From assembly GCA_013540605.1 (NCBI GenBank), contig JABVCK010000009.1, positions 100,341-164,340 of the forward strand: DNA of 64,000 nucleotides, read 5' to 3'. Below the pieces are notes generated by a model. It searched no databases. It was not told where the DNA came from and worked only from the letters and a program-made list of their open reading frames with translations. Source of the DNA: Bacillota bacterium (GTDB lineage: Bacteria; Bacillota; Clostridia; Ch29). Of this stretch, positions 56,730-64,000 are shown piece after piece (the stretch's first letter is position 1; the number at the start of each line of letters is the position of its first letter). Both the position numbers and the translations under genes were made by a program.

Positions 56730-57686
56730 ATGGGGAAAAAAGACTTGATACTTACTGCAAATATGGGGGACGACAGTATCTGCATTTATAATGGGAAGTC
56801 TTTCGAAATGTTGGAAAGGCTGGTTGTTAAGCCGTCGGGTTTTAAGCTGTTCAACACAAGTCATTTTACTAAAGGGCCGGCGGCAGGTCCGGGACATCTT
56901 TACCATTATAAATCAAAGAACATCGTTTTGGCGCTGAATGTATACGACGACAGCTTACTGTTTATTGATCTTGATACGTTTAAGCCGATGGACACGATAT
57001 TTGCCGGGAACCACCCGTATCAAATAGAAGTATTTGAAGAAGCAGATAGGGCCTTTGTCAGCAACTATGATTCCGACAGCATATCGGTTATTGATCTATC
57101 AATACCGCAGATAGTAGGACAGATACCCTGCGGGATGATGCCTCAGTCATTGGTTATCAATAGAAACACCAGCTGCCTTTATGTTACAAATACAGGCAGC
57201 GATTATATATCAATAATAGATGTGCTTACCCTTGATAAACTATTCTGTTTAAAAGTGGATGGAAACCCGGTTGATATTTGCAATGATGCGGAGGGAGAGA
57301 GGATTTTTGTAATCGTGCGGCACCCTGAAAGGCAGGTAAAGGACCAGCTGGTCGAATATGATATGGTGACAGGCAAGAGGCTTAGGTCGATGGAATTAGG
57401 ACTAATGCCCGTTGATATCCTCTATAACAATATGAATGAAAGTGTTTATGCTCTGGACGCAATAGAAAACAATCTCAGGATAATTAATGTTGAAAGTTTC
57501 GACTTTGAAACTACCATACACTTGGGCAGGATGCCTATAAACCAGTGCCTGAACAGCGAAAGGAGCCTTCTGTTTGTAGTTTGTATGATCGAAAACAAAT
57601 TGTATGTAGTTGATACACACAGGCATCAAATAATTAGAGAAATACCCACAGGCATAGAGCCTTCATCGGTGCTGTTCGTCAGCTAG
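56730..57686 (+). CDS. YVTN-family beta-propeller repeat protein (YncE-like)
   Basis: Repeated ...LYVTNTGSDYISIID... / ...FVSNYDSDSISVID... 40-residue beta-propeller units. Confidence 0.55.
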   Translation: MGKKDLILTANMGDDSICIYNGKSFEMLERLVVKPSGFKLFNTSHFTKGPAAGPGHLYHYKSKNIVLALNVYDDSLLFIDLDTFKPMDTIFAGNHPYQIEVFEEADRAFVSNYDSDSISVIDLSIPQIVGQIPCGMMPQSLVINRNTSCLYVTNTGSDYISIIDVLTLDKLFCLKVDGNPVDICNDAEGERIFVIVRHPERQVKDQLVEYDMVTGKRLRSMELGLMPVDILYNNMNESVYALDAIENNLRIINVESFDFETTIHLGRMPINQCLNSERSLLFVVCMIENKLYVVDTHRHQIIREIPTGIEPSSVLFVS

Positions 57687-58222
57687 TCGGACTTTGGATT
57701 TATCAAGGCATTAACTATGCTGCCAAACAGCAGCGGAGCGCTGTTTTCCCAGTTTTCGCATATACTCCTGGCCAATTTATGGGACGTTACTCTCAACTCG
57801 AGGTTAAAGGTCGTTTTATTGTGCTCTATTATTCTAAGGGTCACAAGATATTCATTCTCCGATTCTATGGTATACCTCCCGATGATTTGTTTTTCTCGTT
57901 TTATTTGTTCTCCATTATCAGAAAGATACTCAGAAACCTGCTGCCTGATTTTTTGAGGTATTCTATTTTTGAACAGGGTGAGAGTGCTTTCACCCTTCTG
58001 TTCTAACCTGTAGAAGTGCTTGGATTTGTCCTGATAACACGTTACAAAGCCGCTATTAACAAGGTCTCCCAGCATTTGCTGCATAGCAAAGTAGTTCATA
58101 AGGTTATTCCCCATTACAATTTGCGTCAAATCGTTTTTTGTAAGGGGTATTTTGCTCTCGGACATTATATACAAAAGGAGAAGTTTGTTTTCAGCCAGCT
58201 CTTCAGTATCCCTGTAAAGCAT
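57683..58222 (-). CDS. PadR-like transcriptional regulator (DUF4364-type)
   Basis: 179 aa. N-terminal winged-helix-like segment (KLLLLYIMSE...LTKNDLTQIVM...YFAMQQMLGDLVNSGFV). RBS GGAGGCG before the ATG at 58222. Confidence 0.4.
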   Translation of the reverse strand: MLYRDTEELAENKLLLLYIMSESKIPLTKNDLTQIVMGNNLMNYFAMQQMLGDLVNSGFVTCYQDKSKHFYRLEQKGESTLTLFKNRIPQKIRQQVSEYLSDNGEQIKREKQIIGRYTIESENEYLVTLRIIEHNKTTFNLELRVTSHKLARSICENWENSAPLLFGSIVNALINPKSD

Positions 58223-58448
58223 ACCATCGCCTCCGAAGATATTATACTATAGGAAGGATAATAAAAAAAGCGCCTCCCGCACTCCGCTATGGAACCCTAG
58301 GTTCCTTCGGCGTCCGGCACTTACTCATATATGCTTCCTTACTCTTATATACTTTGTAGTAAGTGCCGGACTGAGCACCCTCCTTAAACCGGCGGGGAAC
58401 CTTTCCCCTGCACCCCTTCCTTTTTTTATAACACTCTCGAAAACTCGT

Positions 58449-58943
58449 ATGGCTTTCGAGGCCTCTATTTCAGGGGCAAGCAAATTTCACTTCCCCCTAA
58501 AATCCACCATTTGTGCTATTTGCGGATTTCATTATGGAGATGCCCCTTCTGCCAGTTCTTACTATGACTTCATCAAACGTCTCTGGAAAACTCCTCATAA
58601 AATCCATGTGGCCAGGACAAAGAAACTCAGGCCTTTCAAGGCTAAACCACGTAAAAAACTCAAGGCCGGACAGAAAGATGTACAAAAACTCTCTGTTGCC
58701 GGTGACGGTACCCCGTTTTATTCCGGTGCCTCCCATTACGGTACAAAGGTCTGTGATTGCAAAGAACATGGTATCTACGACTGCCAGTGTCCCAGACGTT
58801 ATTCCGACCCGGATGCCAGATGGGGTTGGGATAGCTACAGGGAACAGTGGTTCTATCGCAATAACCTTTTTAACATCACTGCTTCCGACAGTCCTTTTAT
58901 GAACTCATGTATCATTGGGATATCATACCCTTCATCCCCTTAG
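58449..58943 (+). pseudogene. N-terminal fragment of an IS5/IS1182-family (DDE_Tnp_1) transposase, truncated or frameshifted
   Basis: CxxC zinc-finger-like N-terminus (ICAICGF) and a DPDARWG motif characteristic of IS5/IS1182 transposases. The ORF then decays into non-homologous sequence and stops. Confidence 0.5.
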
Positions 58944-59216
58944 ATTCCAAGACCAAACAATCTCTGGACAAGCTTCCTCCTGGAATCATCTGCTTAGATA
59001 ATGAAGGCAGACCCATCTGCCCAGGCAGCGATATACTGGCTTAGCTTTGCTATGTCCATTTTCAGCAAGTTATACAGCATATTTGGTTAACTAAGAGGCA
59101 CTCTGTCTGAAGGGTGAAAAAGATGTGCTTTATGATGAGATTAAAAACAAATTAAATTTTTTCTTGTAACGGGTATTACATGGCTGTATAATATATGTAA
59201 CGAACGTTACAAAGGA

Positions 59217-59762
59217 GTGAGAAGAGTGGAAAAAAGAAAATGGTTGGTGATAAACTATAACCTGCCCACAGAGCCATCAAGATTGAGAGTGGCAGCATGG
59301 CGAAACCTTAAAAAGCAAGGTGCCGTTAATATAAAGCAATCCATGTGGGTTTTGCCGCATAACGATGATAATTACTCTGCACTGCAAACAATTTCTCAGG
59401 AGATTGAGTCTAATAATGGTGAAGTACTTTTGATGGAATGTGTTTTCTTTGATCAAAATCATGAACAAAAGGTTATTTCCTATTTTAATAACGTAAGGGA
59501 TGAGGAATACAAAGAATTTATAGATAAGTGTGAGGATTATTTCAAGGAACTTGAAAAGGAAATCGCTATAGAAAAGTTCACTTTTGCAGAGCTTGAAGAG
59601 GAAGAGGAAGAGCTTGAGAAGCTTTTGGCGTGGTATGCGAAGATTGAGGCAAGGGACATATTTCATTCTTCCCAAAGGGCTTGTGCAGAGGAGAAACTGG
59701 ACCAGGTTAAAAAAGCATTCGAAAACTATAGTGATATGGTTTACAAGTATAATAATGAATAA
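59217..59762 (+). CDS. ChrB N-terminal domain protein (chromate-resistance regulator-like), short form
   Basis: WLVINYNLPTEPSRLRVAAWRNLKKQGAVNIKQSMWVLP matches the conserved ChrB_N signature (WLLL..SLP..PS..RV..WR.L...GA......GVWVLP). Confidence 0.5.
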   Translation: MRRVEKRKWLVINYNLPTEPSRLRVAAWRNLKKQGAVNIKQSMWVLPHNDDNYSALQTISQEIESNNGEVLLMECVFFDQNHEQKVISYFNNVRDEEYKEFIDKCEDYFKELEKEIAIEKFTFAELEEEEEELEKLLAWYAKIEARDIFHSSQRACAEEKLDQVKKAFENYSDMVYKYNNE

Positions 59763-59792
59763 TAGAAAAGGCCGCTTATAGGGGGGATAGGT

Positions 59793-60992
59793 GTGAGTGT
59801 TGACAACGGGAAGCAGAAAAAGGTCTTAGGGCTTGAATGGAATATATTTTTTACAGGCTTAACCAGCTTTTTAACTGATACAACAACAAAAATGATATAT
59901 GCTGTCATGCCGCTTTTTTTAATGTCTATAGGAGCATCGAAGACAGAGCTGTCCCTTATTGAAGGAGTTGCGGAGAGTACAGCATCGGTTCTCAAGGCTT
60001 TGTCGGGCTGGTGGAGTGATAAGATCGGCAAAAACAAACCTTTCATGCTGGTAGGCTATGCAATTACAGCTGTTTTATCTCCATTATTTTCAATAGTAAC
60101 TTCACCCTTGCAGGTCCTAATAATCCGCTTTGCCGAAAGGGTTGGAAAGGGAATAAGAACTGCGCCGAGAGACAGCCTTATAGCCGGATCATCAAGTGAG
60201 GGTAAAAAAGGGAGAAGTTTTGGCTTTCATAAAGCTATGGATAACAGTGGTGCAATAGTAGGACCACTATTGGCGTTTGCCGTTTTGGCAGCATTTCCAG
60301 GTGACTATCGTAAGGTATTCCTGCTTTCAGCAGTACCGGGTATGCTGGGAGTCATTGCCATAGCTTTCTTTGTCAGGGAGGCTAAGAAAAACAAAGCCGA
60401 GCTTCCTGGGAAAATTGTATTCAAGGACTTTCCAATGAGATATTATATGTTCCTGGGGATCGCTTTTATATTTACCCTTGGCAACTCAACCGACGCCTTA
60501 TTGCTGGTAAAGGCTAGTGATGTCGGTATAAAAGCCTTGTTCATACCTTTTGTATACCTGATATTCAACTCAGTCTCTGTGATTTTTGCCGTTCCTGCCG
60601 GTATGCTTTCCGATAGAATTGGCCGGGAAAGGCTCATTATTTTCGGATATTTGCTTTATTCCATCATATATTTCGGTTTTGGAAGGACAAACGATAAAGC
60701 GGCAGTTGTTCTGCTTTTTGCCTTATACGGGCTTTACAGCGCGGCAACAGATGGCGTGCAGAAGGCGCTGGTTTCCGATCTTATAGATAAAAACAAGAGG
60801 GGGACGGGACTCGGCATATACAATTCGCTTATTGGTATCACGCTGCTTCCAGCAAGTGTTATAGCCGGTATACTATATGACAAGGTAGATAATAGAGCTC
60901 CTTTTTATTTCGGTTCGGCAATGGCGTTAACTGCTGCGATTTTAATGCTTGGGTTTTATAGGAAAAATGTGGCAAAGGGACGTTTCGTTTGA
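59793..60992 (+). CDS. MFS transporter
   Basis: 399 aa with 12 predicted TM segments. MFS motif A-like region (GWWSDKIGKNKP). GTG start after a GGGGGG RBS. Confidence 0.7.
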   Translation: MSVDNGKQKKVLGLEWNIFFTGLTSFLTDTTTKMIYAVMPLFLMSIGASKTELSLIEGVAESTASVLKALSGWWSDKIGKNKPFMLVGYAITAVLSPLFSIVTSPLQVLIIRFAERVGKGIRTAPRDSLIAGSSSEGKKGRSFGFHKAMDNSGAIVGPLLAFAVLAAFPGDYRKVFLLSAVPGMLGVIAIAFFVREAKKNKAELPGKIVFKDFPMRYYMFLGIAFIFTLGNSTDALLLVKASDVGIKALFIPFVYLIFNSVSVIFAVPAGMLSDRIGRERLIIFGYLLYSIIYFGFGRTNDKAAVVLLFALYGLYSAATDGVQKALVSDLIDKNKRGTGLGIYNSLIGITLLPASVIAGILYDKVDNRAPFYFGSAMALTAAILMLGFYRKNVAKGRFV

Positions 60993-61173
60993 TACAACAG
61001 ATATTGTGTTGTACTTTTAAAATCCGTGCTGTGACTGGCAGTCAAGTATATTGCCTTTATTGATATATTTGATGCGTTTAATGCTAATACTCATGCTATC
61101 CTTTTTTCCGGTATGCATGATATTTGTTGAAAATTAAGCTGTGGACAATGTCACTGTCCGCGGCTTTTTGTAT

Positions 61174-62131
61174 TTATTCACACATCTGGAGAATCATCTC
61201 CCTTTGCACTGAAGCCGCATAAGACTCAGATGCGGCCCTATATATCTTCTTGAGGTCTTCCATGAATTCCTTCTGATCCTTATATGCCACATACTTCATG
61301 GAGTTACGAATCTGGTGAATGATGCAGGTTTGGATCTCCACTTGAGGGAACACCGTCTTTATCGCATCCGGAAAGCCTTTCAGTCCGTCGATACAGGCAA
61401 TGAGGATATCCTGTACGCCCCGGTTTTTAAGGTCGTTACAGACACCCAGCCAGAACTTCGCCCCTTCGCTTTCCCCAATCCAAATACCAAGGATATCCTT
61501 GTATCCTTCCCTGTTGATACCTAGGCAGATGTACGCCGCTTTGGAAACTATTTTCCCATCATCTCGTACCTTGTAATGTATGGCATCGAGGTATATGATG
61601 GGATACATCTTGTCTAGCACCCGGTTCTGCCAATCGGCAGCTGCACCCATAACTTTGTCGGTGATGGTAGATATCATAGCGGGCGACACATTGATTCCGT
61701 AGATTTCTTCCAGTTGGGCTTTGATATCCCGCGTGGTCATGCCTTTTGCGTACATGGCTATAACCTTTTTGTCCAAGTCATTGCAGACCGTCTCGTATTT
61801 CTGTACAACGACCGGTTCAAATTCACTCTTGCGATCTCTAGGGATATCCAATTCCATCTCACCCATGCTGTTTTTGATTGTCTTCTGACTATGGCCGTTT
61901 CTGTGATTGTCGGATGGTTCGTCAGCACGCTCATATTTGTCTCGCCCTAAATGGTGGGCCATTTCGCCTTCGAGCATATTCTGGATGACATCTGATTGCT
62001 TTGTGCCGCGTGCGGGTTTGAGTTCGGAAAAGTTCCTTTAAGTTTTTAAGGTACAGTGCCTGAATGGGCTCGAAAATGCCGGTCGATTGGCTGCTTCCTG
62101 CTAAAACTGAGCTGGAATGCCTAATTACCAA
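61174..62131 (-). pseudogene. IS256-family (Mutator-type) transposase remnant, truncated at both ends and possibly frameshifted
   Basis: The 267-aa ORF covers the central DDE region (EAEMTEHLG-like LEGEMAHHLGRDKYE, ...DGLKGFPDAI...). It lacks ~100 N-terminal and ~90 C-terminal residues of ~400-aa IS256 transposases. An upstream short ORF carries an N-terminal fragment in another frame. Confidence 0.65.
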
Positions 62132-62174
62132 TTACTTTTCGAGATCATTCTTATTATCTATTATCAGGTCGTAG

Positions 62175-62396
62175 CTACTGACCGGAAATTTGCCGTTCTG
62201 CAATTGCAATCATTCTTTTAACCATCTCTCCGCCAACTCTGCCGCAGTCCCTAGACGAGAGGTTGCCCCAATAATCTTCCGAACCCTGGTAAACCGGCAG
62301 ATTAAACTCGCTGGCAATTTCATATTTCATATCATCAAGAGCGGGATGGGCCTTCTGCACCAATTTTTTGCCCGGTGTCTGCTGTCCAGCTGCCAT
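62175..62396 (-). CDS. Small acid-soluble spore protein, alpha/beta type
   Basis: 73 aa. KLVQKAHPALDDMKYEIASEFNLP...GGEMVKRMIAIAERQ matches both conserved alpha/beta-SASP blocks (germination-protease site region plus the C-terminal KRLV..AE block). Confidence 0.85.
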   Translation of the reverse strand: MAAGQQTPGKKLVQKAHPALDDMKYEIASEFNLPVYQGSEDYWGNLSSRDCGRVGGEMVKRMIAIAERQISGQ

Positions 62397-62588
62397 TCTT
62401 TTTCCCTCCTTAAAAGTAAATATATTTTATGATATTAATTTAACCGTATTGAAAAAAAAATATGTTAGCATTTTCTGTTTTCATGCATAAATTGTATATG
62501 AATTACATATAATTATATTTGATTTCACTGCACGAACTAAATTTTTATGATTTGATTGTACCTTGACAACTTCATGTAATAACCATTA

Positions 62589-63998
62589 TTAGGAAAATAC
62601 CAAGGATAATTTACAATTATGAGCCGGTTTTTGCTTCAAATTTACTCTATTTATGCCTGTTTCCTTGGTTCTTTCATCCCTTTCAGCTAAAAATGGGCGC
62701 ACTATCCCTGGTAGTGGAATATTGGTAGTTTTTGGTTTATATCCACCTTGCAAGTATTTGATGAACCGTTTGATGTTCTGTACAGTTACCTTCAATCCAC
62801 ATACTACAGTGCTTTTAGCTTTTCCACGGACATCAAGCTTATCCAGTCCTGACCTTTTCAACGCAGAATTGCTGCCTTCGATTCCTGCACGTTTACTCGT
62901 GTTCTCTTTTCTGCTTGCTTTCATTGTTTCACGTTCTCGACCAGTTTTTACTGCCTTGAGGGGTATACGGATAACACAGTCTTTGACTTGCTTCTTACTA
63001 TAGCATTGTTTGCGATACTCACAGTTAGCACAGGCCTCATGGGGAAAATGTGCTGATGTCTGTCCTCCGCTTACTCCGGCATGAGTTGGAATGTATCCTC
63101 CGGGGCATTTATTAATTATGTTTGTGGTTTCATCTATGTCAAATTCGGTTACAGGCAGTTTCTTTGTCGGCTCTGTCCCGCTCATGTTAGTCAGGTGGAT
63201 TTCTATTCCGTTTTCCTTTGCGGTTTGATGGACATGCTCGGAGTGGAAGCCTCCATCTACATACATGTCGGTACAGCCGGTGTTTTCATGGATTCCCTTT
63301 AATCGATCCTGCAGGATTTCTACATCGCTGGTGTTATTGGATTCAACCGCATAATCGGTGATGAGTTGAAAGGTGTTTCCCTTGTCGCAGGTTTCGGATA
63401 TTTCAAGGACATAACCGCTCTGGCTCACATTCCCTTTCCTGCGAAAGGTAGCGTCTTCATCATGCGCTGCCTGGAGGGACCCGGATGGAATTTCCTTCTT
63501 TGGCTTGGGGATGAGTTTTCCGCTTTCCGCTTCGGTTGTGGATTGTTCGCTTAAGAATCGCCTAACTATCCGTACTTCTTCAGAATCCAGCATGTCGGGC
63601 TGTGCTTCCAGTATCAAAAGCGCTTCCTGGCAGAGATTTAAAAGCAGTGTCAGCTTGCTGTCTCCTTCTTGTGCTTTTGCACGATAGAGCACATCGGTTT
63701 TGAAGTCCGGCTCCAACACGTTGGAAAGAGAGCCTGTGAGTTTCTCCTTTGGTATTGCTTTGACTGCCTTAACCAGTACGTCATAAGCCAGAGATACCCG
63801 CCCTGCTTTCTTGATGTTGCTCATAAAGAGTGTGGTGTCTGTCCTTTGTTCTTCCAGAGATATTCCGGCTTCTTTCGCAAAATCACGAAGCAGCTTGATA
63901 AACTGGCCGAACAAGAGGTCATCCTTGCCGGGGTTCTCCAGGCAGTACTGATAGACTCTTTCCCTGAAATAGTAGAGGGTTCTTTCGGCAAGGTTCAT
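62589..63998 (-). mobile_element. IS1182/IS5-superfamily transposase gene (DDE_Tnp_1). The ORF start is at or beyond the window edge.
   Basis: 469-aa ORF with a D-E-D-A-T-F-R-x-K motif and the C-terminal RAGIEGSNSALKRSGLDKLDVRGKAKSTVVCGLKVTVQNIKRFIKYL block typical of IS1182-family transposases. The ATG at 63996-63998 is 2 nt from the window end. Confidence 0.6.
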
Positions 63999-64000
63999 TT

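Noticed and set aside
62397-62470. Sigma-G-type promoter for the SASP gene
   Set aside because: No convincing GNATR-17/18-CATNNTA match could be found by eye on the minus strand, so it is left uncalled.

Overview
This 64 kb window looks like chromosomal DNA from an anaerobic, spore-forming Firmicute (Clostridia-like). The evidence is an alpha/beta-type SASP gene, an Rnf complex, a selenocysteine formate dehydrogenase and a tungstate transporter.

In order, the window contains:
1. A formate module: a NuoF-like flavoprotein subunit, a selenocysteine-containing FdhA (in-frame UGA at 2959-2961 with a SECIS hairpin, which the ORF track split in two), a FocA-type formate channel and a beta-carbonic anhydrase.
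2. A GntR regulator with palindromic operator candidates, followed by a ~13 kb operon-like cluster. The cluster holds four RraA-family (HMG/CHA-aldolase-like) paralogs, a Liv-type ABC transporter, a DHOD-like FMN/Fe-S oxidoreductase, a short LeuCD-like dehydratase, a two-subunit AcnX (DUF521 plus DUF126) and a LeuB/IDH-family dehydrogenase. This is a candidate undescribed organic-acid pathway.
3. panB.
4. A Moco-riboswitch-like leader with an attenuator hairpin, followed by tupABC, two moeA genes (one fused to a PBP domain), moaA and moaC.
5. An inverted, decayed duplicate of the moaA 3' end, moaC and a MOSC gene. Its junction truncates a class III aminotransferase.
6. rnfCDGEAB.
7. An orphan histidine kinase and a DUF1015 gene.
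8. hisJ on the opposite strand.
9. A LytTR two-component system whose response regulator carries an in-frame nonsense codon. Next to it are three 21-bp-phased direct repeats, typical of LytTR binding sites, upstream of secreted proteins.
10. A TPR membrane protein flanked by ~70-bp imperfect inverted repeats.
11. A complete hisZGDCBHAF-IE operon.
12. An accessory, mobile-element-scarred tail: a YVTN beta-propeller protein, a PadR-like regulator, IS5/IS1182 and IS256 transposase fragments, ChrB_N plus MFS genes, a SASP and an IS1182-family transposase running off the window.

Two repeat families recur in the window. The first is a GGGGACATTCCGCGGCAAGG...TGTGTCCCC hairpin element that always sits immediately 5' of a ribosome-binding site; it occurs once as a 3 x 57-bp tandem array and once as a nested copy. 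The second is a low-complexity CAGTGG/CAGTGAC-rich element ending in ACCTGTGAACTACGAAC.
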